Assembly (NCBI GenBank): GCA_021735045.1
Contig: JAIPHU010000015.1
Coordinates: 1 to 22,357 of the forward strand
Direction: 5' to 3'
DNA: 22,357 nt
Source: Candidatus Omnitrophota bacterium
GTDB taxonomy: Bacteria; Omnitrophota; Gorgyraeia; Duberdicusellales; 4484-171
Shown piece by piece: positions 14,697 through 22,357 of this stretch (positions are counted from its first letter, which is position 1; the number at the start of each line of letters is the position of its first letter). A program made the position numbers and the translations under genes. The notes below the pieces were generated by a model. The model saw nothing but the letters and a program-made list of their open reading frames with translations. It searched no databases and was not told the DNA's origin.

Positions 14697-16264
14697 TTTT
14701 TCCCTTTGCTTAAGTTAGTTTTGATAAACTCAACTACAATAAATATTCCTAAAAATATTAAAATAATAGTTAAGGTTAAATTCAGATAGTTTCTAACCTG
14801 AAAAAAATCTTTTAACTTAATGCCTAAAGCCGCAATAGTTATTATAAACATAATTATCGCAGGAATTAAAGTAATTTTATAGTTTTTCTTTTTATCGATT
14901 AAATAAGCAGTTGCTACTATTAAAGCTAGCCCGGCTACAAGCTGATTTGATGCTCCAAACATCGGCCAAAGAGTTTCAAAAGTTCCACTTAAACAAAAAA
15001 CTCCTGCTACAAAAACTACCAAAAAGGTAGCAAAATATTTATTATCTATCCCAAAAAGTTCCTGGGACAAAAAACGAGTAATCCGAGTTGCTGTATCTAA
15101 GGTAGTTAAGATAAATGCATTAAGAATAACCAGGGCTATAAACTTCGCATAATCCCCAAAGAAAAAAACTATCCGGCCAAATCCTTGCGCAAAAATCTCA
15201 ATTGGATTGTTAGTCGCAGGCATATTTTTTAAGCCAAAGGCTACACAAAATAAAGCAATAGTTGCTAACACGGCTTCGGTAATCATTGACCCATAGCCTA
15301 CTTTTTTAGCATCAGATTCGCTAGGCAGTTGTTTTGAACTAGTTCCACTTGCCACCAAAGAATGAAAACCAGATATAGCTCCACAAGCTACAGTTATAAA
15401 CATCATCGGAAACATCGGCCCAATTTCAGAGTTAAACTTAAAAAAATCTGCCGAAGCCACCGGCAAAGGCCTGGCAAAAATTCCGATAAAAGCGATAGCA
15501 ATTCCAAATAAAAGAAGAAAACTCGAGATATAGTCTCTAGGCTGCAGTAAAATATCTACCGGTATAATCGAGGCAAAAAATGCATAGATAAAAAGAATAA
15601 CTATCCAGCCCAGATAAGGATTAGCCAGCGGTAAAGCTATAGCTACCTTATCCCCTAAAAGAATTAATCCTGACAAAAGAACCAATCCTAAGAGAGTTGA
15701 TAAAAAAATATTTCGTTTAAGCCGATAGATAAAAAAACCTACTAAAACTGCAATTGGAATAAGGCCTAAAGAAGGTAAAACCACCTCTGGCTCAGCTACA
15801 AAACTTTTTGCTGAAGCATTAGCAAAAACAGCAATCACTAAAATTAAAGTACACCATAAAAAAATAAGAAAAATAATACTAGCCGGTTTAGAAATATACT
15901 TTTGAGCCACAGCTCCGATGCTTGCCCCGCCTTCACGCACCGAAATAAATAAAGCCACAAAATCATGTACTGCCCCCATAAAGATTGAACCAAAGACAAT
16001 CCAAACCAACACTCCAATCCAACCCCAGTAGATATAAGCAAAAACAGGCCCTACAATTGGGCCGGCTCCGGCAATCGAAGCAAAATGATGCCCAAAAAGA
16101 ACTGCCCAATTTTTTGCCGGTATATAATCTAGGCCGTCTGATTTAGTAAAAGCTGGGGTCTTGCGCAGATGATTAACCCCTAAAATTCTGCTTACTAAAC
16201 GGCCATAAACAATATAGCCTCCCAACAAAACTATTAATACCAAAAAGAAAATTATTGCGCTCAT
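14693..16264 (-). CDS. cstA: CstA-family transporter (carbon starvation protein A; pyruvate/peptide importer family)
   Basis: 523 aa and highly polytopic. It has the conserved N-terminal block VLFGHHFASIAGAGPIVGP. Confidence 0.88.
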   Translation of the reverse strand: MSAIIFFLVLIVLLGGYIVYGRLVSRILGVNHLRKTPAFTKSDGLDYIPAKNWAVLFGHHFASIAGAGPIVGPVFAYIYWGWIGVLVWIVFGSIFMGAVHDFVALFISVREGGASIGAVAQKYISKPASIIFLIFLWCTLILVIAVFANASAKSFVAEPEVVLPSLGLIPIAVLVGFFIYRLKRNIFLSTLLGLVLLSGLILLGDKVAIALPLANPYLGWIVILFIYAFFASIIPVDILLQPRDYISSFLLLFGIAIAFIGIFARPLPVASADFFKFNSEIGPMFPMMFITVACGAISGFHSLVASGTSSKQLPSESDAKKVGYGSMITEAVLATIALFCVAFGLKNMPATNNPIEIFAQGFGRIVFFFGDYAKFIALVILNAFILTTLDTATRITRFLSQELFGIDNKYFATFLVVFVAGVFCLSGTFETLWPMFGASNQLVAGLALIVATAYLIDKKKNYKITLIPAIIMFIITIAALGIKLKDFFQVRNYLNLTLTIILIFLGIFIVVEFIKTNLSKGKK

Positions 16265-16266
16265 AG

Positions 16267-17463
16267 CTAACTTTTCTGAAGAAAATAACGAATTAGATCA
16301 GTGCCATTATCAAAGTATAAAGAGCTTGTTTGGGCTGATTTTTCTGAATAAGAAGAAAAATCACCTGGCTTAACATCACTACCTGAGATCAAAAAAGGAA
16401 CCGGCTCACTAGTATGAGTTCGGTAAGCTAAAGGAGTAGGATGATCAGGCGTAACTAAAATCCGATAATCTTGGCCTTCTAGAGCCTTGATGATCTTTCC
16501 TATAACCAACTTATCTATACGTTCAAGACAAGCAATCTTCATCCGTAAATCTTGATTATGCCCAGCTTCATCAGTAGCTTCTATATGCACAAAAACAAAA
16601 TCTAGGCTTTGGAGCGCCTCAATTGCAGCTTGAGCTTTACCGGCATAATTTGTATCATAGTAACCGTTTGCCCCTTCCACTTCTAAAACATCTAAGCCGA
16701 TTATTTTTCCTATTCCTTTAATTAAATCAACCGCCGAAATTACCGCTCCACTTAAATCAAACAAACTCCTAAATAAAGGCATCTTGGCTTTTGGCCCCCC
16801 GCTCCAGAGCCAAATCATATTAGCTGGATTCTCCTCTAGATCTATCCTTACTTTATTTACCTCATCTTCGCCTAAAACCGAAGCAGAAGCTTCCATAATC
16901 TCTCTTAAAATATTACTATTTTTGCCGCTAGGAAGATGTTTACTAATATTTTTCCCGATTATATCATGAGGAGCAAAACATTTTGTTTTATCAAGCTTTA
17001 GATGTTTGCTATTTTTAAAAAGAGCTAAATTCCTATAACTTGTTCCAAAAAAGAACTCTAGTTCCTCTGAACCTAACTCTTTATTAAGATGATCAATTAA
17101 TATCTTTGCTTCTTTATCTCTGATGTGGCCGGCGCTGTAGTCAAAAAGTTTTCCTTGAGCGTTAGTCACAAGATTACAACGAAAAGCCAAGTCATCTTCA
17201 CCTAGCTCAACCCCAATATTTGCCGCCTCAAGCGGGCCGCGGCCTGAATAATATTTTTGCGGCTCATAACCCAACAAAGAAAGGTTAGCAATATCTGAGG
17301 CGGGAATAAAACCTTTCGGTACAGTTTTTACCCTGCCTAAGATGCCTCCTTTAGCTAAAGCATCAATATTGGGAGTATCAGCAGCTTCAAGCGGGGTTTT
17401 TCCCCCTAACTCTTCAATTGGTTTATCTGCAGCTCCATCTGGTACTACTGCTATATACTTCAT
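16267..17463 (-). CDS. ApgM-family metalloenzyme (cofactor-independent phosphoglycerate mutase, archaeal type / proposed alternative homoserine kinase subgroup)
   Basis: 398 aa. It has N-terminal VPDGAAD...GGKTPLEAADTPNID...GYEPQKYYSGRGPLEA and C-terminal TPDHPTP, typical of the alkaline-phosphatase-superfamily ApgM group. The SD AAGGA lies 7 nt upstream. Confidence 0.85.
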   Translation of the reverse strand: MKYIAVVPDGAADKPIEELGGKTPLEAADTPNIDALAKGGILGRVKTVPKGFIPASDIANLSLLGYEPQKYYSGRGPLEAANIGVELGEDDLAFRCNLVTNAQGKLFDYSAGHIRDKEAKILIDHLNKELGSEELEFFFGTSYRNLALFKNSKHLKLDKTKCFAPHDIIGKNISKHLPSGKNSNILREIMEASASVLGEDEVNKVRIDLEENPANMIWLWSGGPKAKMPLFRSLFDLSGAVISAVDLIKGIGKIIGLDVLEVEGANGYYDTNYAGKAQAAIEALQSLDFVFVHIEATDEAGHNQDLRMKIACLERIDKLVIGKIIKALEGQDYRILVTPDHPTPLAYRTHTSEPVPFLISGSDVKPGDFSSYSEKSAQTSSLYFDNGTDLIRYFLQKS

Positions 17464-17493
17464 GTTATATCCTTATTTTATTAACACTTATAA

Positions 17494-17521
17494 ATTATAT
17501 CTCAAGTAGAGTTTATTACAA
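17494..17521 (-). promoter_or_regulatory. Candidate sigma70 promoter for the ApgM-like/cstA/lysC/cimA operon
   Basis: The minus strand reads TTGTAA (17521-17516), a 16-nt spacer, then TATAAT (17499-17494). It lies about 30 nt upstream of the ATG at 17463. Confidence 0.45.
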
Positions 17522-17559
17522 ACAACTTTAGCTTGCAAGATTTTTTTAAAAACTTACAA

Positions 17560-18444
17560 CTACAAACACTTTTTATTCTTTCTTGATTCAAGAAACCGAT
17601 CGTAGGTAAGTATTTTGGAACGGACAAAATAAGGGTAATCTAGGAAAATTTTCTCCCACAAACTACTCTTTTTGGGGCCAGATATCCCTCTTTTTGAAGA
17701 GAGGATAAAAAGATAAATCTCTTTTACTTTTTCTGAATCAACAGATTCTAACTCTGAAATAGCTTTTTTAAGAGACAGGCCTTTTCTATAGAGTATTTTA
17801 TAAGCTTGTTTAATCTTCTTTATCTCAGCTCTCGGAAAAGAAGCTCGCCTGAGGCCAACTAAGTTTATGCCCCAAACCCGTGAATCTCCCACTACCATCA
17901 TAAAAGGAGCTACATCCTGGTTAACTCTGCTTAAGCCTCCTACCATAGCCAACTTTCCAACTCTTACAAACTGATGCACAACCACACAACCAGAGATAAA
18001 AGCACCTTTTCCTACTTCAACACAACCAGCTAGCAAGCTTCCGTTACAAACCACAATATTGTCGGCTAACTTACAATCATGGGCAACATGGGAAAAACCC
18101 ATTAAAAAATTATTGTCCCCGATGGTAGTTGAACAGTTTTCTTTAGTTGCAGTATGGATTGTTACATATTCTCGGATAATATTATTTTTACCGATATAGA
18201 GTTTACCTTTTGTCTGGCGCATCCCCAGCATCTGAGGAACTTCACCGATAACTGCACCTGTACCTACAGAACTATTTTCACCCAAATAGCTATTTCCTTT
18301 AATCTGGGCATGAGCCCCAACAGAAACCCCTTTAGCTAGATGCACTTTTTCTTCGACTATAGCATAAGGGCCTATGGACACACCTTCTTCTAAACAAGCA
18401 TTCTTATCTACTTTTGCAGTTTTATCTATATTTGGTTTACTCAT
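17560..18444 (-). CDS. lpxA: Acyl-ACP--UDP-N-acetylglucosamine O-acyltransferase
   Basis: 294 aa. It has left-handed beta-helix hexapeptide repeats, the HVAHDC catalytic His block, and a C-terminal helical domain (FPRAEIKKIKQAYKILYRKG). Confidence 0.9.
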   Translation of the reverse strand: MSKPNIDKTAKVDKNACLEEGVSIGPYAIVEEKVHLAKGVSVGAHAQIKGNSYLGENSSVGTGAVIGEVPQMLGMRQTKGKLYIGKNNIIREYVTIHTATKENCSTTIGDNNFLMGFSHVAHDCKLADNIVVCNGSLLAGCVEVGKGAFISGCVVVHQFVRVGKLAMVGGLSRVNQDVAPFMMVVGDSRVWGINLVGLRRASFPRAEIKKIKQAYKILYRKGLSLKKAISELESVDSEKVKEIYLFILSSKRGISGPKKSSLWEKIFLDYPYFVRSKILTYDRFLESRKNKKCL

Positions 18445-18462
18445 AACTTAGGTAATCCTATC

Positions 18463-19239
18463 TTAATCTACCGGCTTTTTTTTATCGAGCTTTTCCCTTC
18501 TAATTATAATCTTACCTAACCAAGAGATAAAATCAAGCCTTAAAGGAATCCGGTCATCTAAAGAAAGCCAAAGGTTAAACCTTTTGGCCCCTTTACCCAC
18601 TAAAAAATAAGCTTCTCTTACTTTTCCGGCAACTTTTACTTTTCGTTTACTATGAAATTTTATCTGAACTTTTTGGTTAGGAAGATTAAAAGTCATCCAT
18701 TTGCCTTTTTTTTCTCCTAAATTAATCCCTTGGGGGAAAAAATAAAGAAGATCTAAAATATTATGAATTGGCTTGGCTTGTTCATAAATTTCTTCCTCAA
18801 CTATATTTTTACCTTTTTTTCTAGTTATTACAACTTGACCTTGTTCTTGATTGTAGTTTTCTTCGATTATCTCTTTATCCCCAAATAATTTTACATTCCT
18901 TTTTACCCTAACCGGCAAATGAGTATTACTATCTAAATAAATTTTTTCTGAACTTACTAAATCAAGAAACTTTAAGATGTTGGTATCAGATTCAACCTGT
19001 AAAACATCAACTTCTTTTGCCCCAACTACTTCTTTGCCCAAATAACGCCAGATAACATAACCGGAAGGAATCCCATTAAAAGAAATATTATATTCAATTT
19101 TTTTTAAGTCTCTCATTCTTTGCCGTTGATTATCTTTTGCATAAAGATTAAAAGACAAACTTAAAAATAAAATTAAAATAAAAAAAGCTACTGTACTTTT
19201 TAAAAAATAGCTATTATTTTTTCTTGCAAATAAACTCAT
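18463..19239 (-). CDS. Exported hypothetical protein
   Basis: 258 aa. It has a signal peptide (FFILILFLSLSFNLYA|KD) and the composition looks beta-rich. I cannot name a family confidently. Confidence 0.7.
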   Translation of the reverse strand: MSLFARKNNSYFLKSTVAFFILILFLSLSFNLYAKDNQRQRMRDLKKIEYNISFNGIPSGYVIWRYLGKEVVGAKEVDVLQVESDTNILKFLDLVSSEKIYLDSNTHLPVRVKRNVKLFGDKEIIEENYNQEQGQVVITRKKGKNIVEEEIYEQAKPIHNILDLLYFFPQGINLGEKKGKWMTFNLPNQKVQIKFHSKRKVKVAGKVREAYFLVGKGAKRFNLWLSLDDRIPLRLDFISWLGKIIIRREKLDKKKPVD

Positions 19240-19242
19240 GAT

Positions 19243-19283
19243 AAAAAGATAATCAGCTGCAAGTATTCTACCTGCAGCTGATT
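19243..19283 (-). terminator. Rho-independent-type hairpin after the ACT-protein gene
   Basis: The minus strand reads AATCAGCTGCA-(11 nt)-TGCAGCTGATT (perfect 11-bp stem) followed by ATCTTTTTAT. The tail runs straight into the ATG at 19239. Confidence 0.65.
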
Positions 19284-19304
19284 AATTTATTTAATCTTAT
19301 TTAG

Positions 19305-19697
19305 TTATTCAGAAATTACCTCTATTGCCTTATCGTTGTTATCAGATGCAAAAACCAAGGTAGCTGACTGGCCTTGGCCAGGAGTAGTTCCATAGACATG
19401 AGTCATGCTAATACCGGCTTGAGCTAATTTAGCTGATAGTGAATCTAGCTGTCCAATCTCGTTTACCATATCAACTACAACCACTTCTTTTTCTTCTGTC
19501 TCAAACCCAGACAAAACTTCTTTTGCTTTTTGATTATCTGAAGTTACCATTCTTATCACTGCTGTTTTTTGCTGAATCCAGCCAGACACTGCTCTTATGT
19601 TTATCTCATCTCGTTTTAACAAAGAAGTAATCTTACCTAAAGCACCGGCTTGATCTTCTAGGCTTACTACGATTTCTGCAGACTTTATCCCTTTCAT
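19305..19697 (-). CDS. Stand-alone ACT-domain (small-molecule-binding) protein
   Basis: 130 aa. Two beta-alpha-beta-beta-alpha-beta-like halves each start with a ...D.(A/I)G.L... motif (LEDQAGALGKITSLL; MVNEIGQLDSLSAKL). The SD AAAGGAGG lies upstream. Confidence 0.75.
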   Translation of the reverse strand: MKGIKSAEIVVSLEDQAGALGKITSLLKRDEINIRAVSGWIQQKTAVIRMVTSDNQKAKEVLSGFETEEKEVVVVDMVNEIGQLDSLSAKLAQAGISMTHVYGTTPGQGQSATLVFASDNNDKAIEVISE

Positions 19698-19718
19698 CTA
19701 AAACCTCCTTTTTTTAAA

Positions 19719-21698
19719 CTATTTTCTTAAACTTTCTATATCTAACTTAAGATTAAACGCTTCTTTTTTCTCCGGTAAATAAAAAAGTATGGCCAGCTGC
19801 TGAAAAAGAACTTCTTCTCCGGACTCCGAAGAAGACAAAGTATAAATTGGATTCGTATAAACTTTGGCTGGATTGAAACTAAACCGGAGCTTAAGCTGAT
19901 AGTTTTTATCTACTATTGTAAAAGAACTGTCTTCTCCTAACTCTTGCTGTTTTGCTAAATCAATGCCTTCTCCAGACTCAATAAATAAACTATTAAGCCC
20001 AGAAAGGGATAAGTTAAATTCTATACCGAAACCAAGATTATTTAAAGTATTTTTTTTGAAACTATATTTAGCCTCTAAGCTATTTTTGTCTAGATAAATA
20101 TTTTTTATAAAACTTATATCTTTTTCTTGATAACTAAAACTAAAGCTCTTATCTTTAACTTTTGAAAAATTATAGGCTTGATTAGCTAAACTATACACCC
20201 CTGCCCCTTGAGCAAATTCTTGGCTGGTTAACTCTTTCTTTATTAGATGATCAACCAAACAAACTTTTTTATAACTATCATAGATCAAATACCTAGATAA
20301 TTCATGGTTTTTAAACTTATCATGATAGGGCTCTTTTACTCTGTTTATTGTATTTATCAGATTAGTCGGTATATCTTTTAGGCTTAGTTCGTCTAAACTT
20401 CCCCCCAGCTCAGAAAAAACATAGGTTTTATCTTCTCTTTTTGCCACAATTTCGCTGTAACTGTCAAAATCTATATCTTGGCAAAAAAACTCAGAAACCC
20501 CTAACTTTTTGTCCAAAATAGCTTCTGCTTTAATTAAATAGTCATAGCAAGCTTTACGCAGATGAGGCAGATAAAACCCCCCAAAGATACCGTGCCAGTA
20601 AGCGCAATTAGTTTGAGCTTTCCATAAATTTAGAAAAGCATCCTTGTCTTTACTGTTATAATCTAGAGATAAGTTTATCTTTTTTGCCAGGTTAAGCATT
20701 CTTTTGTGCATAAAATTTAGCCGGGGGTACTTTATAAAAAAGTTCTTAAAGCTCTCTCCCCGGATAAACTGCCGGTACTTTTTGTAACTTTTATCTTCTT
20801 TTAAAAGATTATCTAAATTTTGATAGTTTAGATAATCTTGATAAGTTAAGGCCCATCTTTGCATCTTTGGATAAGTTGATGCCTCAATATAGGTAAGATC
20901 TTTTTTAGCAAATTTTTTAGCTGCCTGCTGGGAAGTTATTGTTTCAATCTCAGGGTTTCTTGCCAATAAAGTAAAAAATTCTTCTAACCAACCTTGCTTA
21001 TAAACTAAGTCGTAACTGCCCGGCCAAAGCCCAAACTTCTCCCCGTCACAGAAAAAGTTAACCAAGACATCCTCTTTTTTCTTGCGGCTAATCAAGATAT
21101 CAATAACTTCCTTGGGCTTCACAAAAGGAATTTTATCAGCAAGCAACTCATCGATAACAAACAAGCCTAAAGGATAACCTTGGTCTTCGGTTAAATAAAA
21201 ACTCTCATTGCTTTGGTTAATCTGTTTTTTTTGATAAAAATTTGCCTGATCCAGGTAAGTATAACTAAAACCGGTTTGATTTAAAGTTTTTGCCAAAGAC
21301 GGCTCCCAAACTCTTTCCGGAACCCAACAACCCTTAGGAGTTTTAGCAAAAGCCTTTTCTAAAAATTGGTTCATAAGTTTAATCTGGCCAACTCTATCTT
21401 CCTGGCCAACTATAGAAAAAATTGGTTCATAGTAACCTCCACCGACAATCTCTATCTGGCCGCATTCAACTAACTGCTTCAACTTATCTATCCAACCGGA
21501 AACATTAGCTTGAGCATAACTATACAAAGCCCCGGAATTATGGATAACTGCTTTTATCTGAGGAAATTTTTCTAGGATTGACAAAAAAGGAAGATAACAG
21601 CTAGCAAAAGCTTTATCAAATACAGAGGCTAAATTGCCGATGGGCTGGTGGTTATGCAACCCAAATACAAAGTATATTTTAGAGTCTTTATTTTGCAT
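19719..21698 (-). CDS. Glycoside hydrolase family 57 alpha-glucan enzyme (alpha-amylase / 4-alpha-glucanotransferase-like) with a long C-terminal extension
   Basis: It has the GH57 N-terminal signature FVFGLHNHQPIGN and a WVPERVWEP-type block. The ORF runs to ATG 21728. I prefer ATG 21698 (MQNKDSKIYFVFGLHNHQP) because it matches the usual distance to the HNHQP motif and a strong promoter overlaps codons 1-4 of the longer form. Confidence 0.85.
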   Translation of the reverse strand: MQNKDSKIYFVFGLHNHQPIGNLASVFDKAFASCYLPFLSILEKFPQIKAVIHNSGALYSYAQANVSGWIDKLKQLVECGQIEIVGGGYYEPIFSIVGQEDRVGQIKLMNQFLEKAFAKTPKGCWVPERVWEPSLAKTLNQTGFSYTYLDQANFYQKKQINQSNESFYLTEDQGYPLGLFVIDELLADKIPFVKPKEVIDILISRKKKEDVLVNFFCDGEKFGLWPGSYDLVYKQGWLEEFFTLLARNPEIETITSQQAAKKFAKKDLTYIEASTYPKMQRWALTYQDYLNYQNLDNLLKEDKSYKKYRQFIRGESFKNFFIKYPRLNFMHKRMLNLAKKINLSLDYNSKDKDAFLNLWKAQTNCAYWHGIFGGFYLPHLRKACYDYLIKAEAILDKKLGVSEFFCQDIDFDSYSEIVAKREDKTYVFSELGGSLDELSLKDIPTNLINTINRVKEPYHDKFKNHELSRYLIYDSYKKVCLVDHLIKKELTSQEFAQGAGVYSLANQAYNFSKVKDKSFSFSYQEKDISFIKNIYLDKNSLEAKYSFKKNTLNNLGFGIEFNLSLSGLNSLFIESGEGIDLAKQQELGEDSSFTIVDKNYQLKLRFSFNPAKVYTNPIYTLSSSESGEEVLFQQLAILFYLPEKKEAFNLKLDIESLRK

Positions 21699-21718
21699 AA
21701 AAGTTAAAGAATAAAAGA

Positions 21719-21746
21719 ATTTTAACATCTAACCGACTTCTGTCAA
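21719..21746 (-). promoter_or_regulatory. Candidate sigma70 promoter for the GH57 gene
   Basis: The minus strand reads TTGACA (21746-21741), a 16-nt spacer, then TAAAAT (21724-21719). Confidence 0.4.
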
Positions 21747-21780
21747 CTGATGGAAATTCCCACTCTCTTTTTTTTAGATA

Positions 21781-21855
21781 GGGTGTCCTCAAATGGCCGA
21801 AAGCAGACGCCCTACTCTCATCGCCTCATTCCACTGCGGCAGTGGAATGAGGCGA
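21781..21855. other. GC-rich structured island: helix GGGTGTC/GACGCCC (21781-21812) plus a perfect 16-bp hairpin with a 3-nt loop (21821-21855)
   Basis: TCGCCTCATTCCACTG-CGG-CAGTGGAATGAGGCGA was read directly. My hand count for 21781-21867 is 51 G+C of 87 nt, far above the flanks. Strand and function are unknown. Confidence 0.5.
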
Positions 21856-21864
21856 CTGCTCCTC

Positions 21865-21892
21865 TTCACAATTGCTTATTTTGTGATAAGAT
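21865..21892 (+). promoter_or_regulatory. Candidate sigma70 promoter with extended -10 for the helicase gene
   Basis: The plus strand reads TTCACA (21865-21870), a 16-nt spacer, then TGA-TAAGAT (-10 at 21887-21892). This placement argues for ATG 21918 rather than the in-frame ATG 21891 as the start. Confidence 0.45.
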
Positions 21893-21917
21893 GGCTTCCC
21901 TTAAAAAAATAAAAACG

Positions 21918-22357
21918 ATGAAAAAATATAAGTTAAAATCCTATCAAAGCAAAGCAAATATAGATTACCTAAAAGGCCTAAACCCCCAACAAAAAAAAGT
22001 AGTCACCGCTGCAAACGGAGCTGCCTTGGTTTTAGCCGGGGCCGGCAGCGGGAAAACACGAGTTTTAATCCATCGGCTCGCTTATCTTCTTAGCCAGGGG
22101 ATAAACCCAAAAAGCATACTTGTTGCCACCTTTACCAATCGGGCTGCAGCCGAGATGACCCATCGAGCCGAGGCTCTTATCAACTCCAGCTTAAAAGGCC
22201 TTTGGTCGGGAACCTTCCACCATATCGGAAATCTTATCTTACGCCGGGAGGCCAAGAGTTTAGGCTACTCCTCTAGCTTTTCCATAGTTGACTCAGAAGA
22301 TGCCAAAAGCCTAATTGATGATTGCCTGCAAAGTTTAGGCTACAACAAAAAAGAAAA
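21918..22357 (+). CDS. UvrD/PcrA/Rep-family ATP-dependent DNA helicase, N-terminal fragment (continues past the window end)
   Basis: My translation gives MKKYKLKSYQSKANIDYLKGLNPQQKKVVTAANGAALVLAGAGSGKTRVLIHRLAYLL...TFTNRAAAEM...GTFHHIG. These are motifs Q, I (AGAGSGKT), Ia (TFTNRAA) and the following block of SF1A helicases. The alternative start is 21891. Confidence 0.85.
   Translation, partial: MKKYKLKSYQSKANIDYLKGLNPQQKKVVTAANGAALVLAGAGSGKTRVLIHRLAYLLSQGINPKSILVATFTNRAAAEMTHRAEALINSSLKGLWSGTFHHIGNLILRREAKSLGYSSSFSIVDSEDAKSLIDDCLQSLGYNKKE

Noticed and set aside
17531-17557. Hairpin TTGTAAG...CTTGCAA after lpxA as a terminator
   Set aside because: The stem is 7 bp, A/T-rich and includes a G.U pair. 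The loop is 13 nt of T5A7 and there is no downstream U-tract, so it is too weak to call.
1250-19630. Plus-strand 60-67-aa ORFs antisense to good genes (1250-1435, 1487-1690, 4200-4385, 6769-6951, 8445-8630, 14536-14718, 16784-16969, 18154-18339, 19439-19630), and out-of-frame minus-strand ORFs 11419-11646 and 15844-16041
   Set aside because: All are fully embedded in confidently identified genes. They lack Shine-Dalgarno sequences and translate to low-complexity F/L/S-rich peptides, as expected from antisense or shifted frames of AT-rich coding DNA.
21781-21870. SRP (4.5S) RNA, 6S RNA or group II intron domain V as the identity of the GC-rich island
   Set aside because: GCC-GAAA-GC followed by CAG superficially recalls the SRP helix 8 tetraloop region. 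However, the conserved GGAAGCAGC strand and the complementary asymmetric loop are absent, and the ends do not pair into a long hairpin. The length and bulge pattern do not fit 6S RNA. There is no AGC triad/GNRA geometry of intron domain V.

Overview
AT-rich bacterial window, roughly one-third G+C by eye. Almost everything from 1 to 21728 is coded on the minus strand; one helicase gene diverges on the plus strand at the right edge. LpxA, a prepilin peptidase and PilZ proteins point to a diderm, but I cannot place the lineage from sequence alone. Most of the window is core amino-acid metabolism in tightly packed, often 4-bp-overlapping operons. One runs ilvB-ilvN-ilvC-leuA, an unknown membrane protein, aroE, pilD and aroC. 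A second runs an ApgM-family enzyme, cstA, lysC and cimA. Further right are a GH57 glucan enzyme, an ACT protein, an exported hypothetical protein and lpxA. The only accessory-looking stretch is about 640-3660. It holds tRNA-Phe(GAA) with a perfect 65-bp duplication of its 5' end plus upstream flank around a 98-bp structured insert. It also holds a co-directional cluster: a small coiled-coil ORF missed by the ORF track, two PilZ c-di-GMP receptors, a secreted protein that is almost entirely 15 FESPDGx heptads, a secreted coiled-coil protein and an orphan CheY-like receiver. Other unexplained signals are heptamer-built inverted-repeat arrays at two operon ends, a terminator-like hairpin just upstream of the first PilZ gene, an internal SD+ATG in lysC, and a GC-rich island with a perfect 16-bp hairpin between the divergent GH57 and helicase promoters. 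I saw no CRISPR array, transposase, integrase or recognisable defence genes. All functional calls come from reading motifs in the translations by eye; no searches were run.
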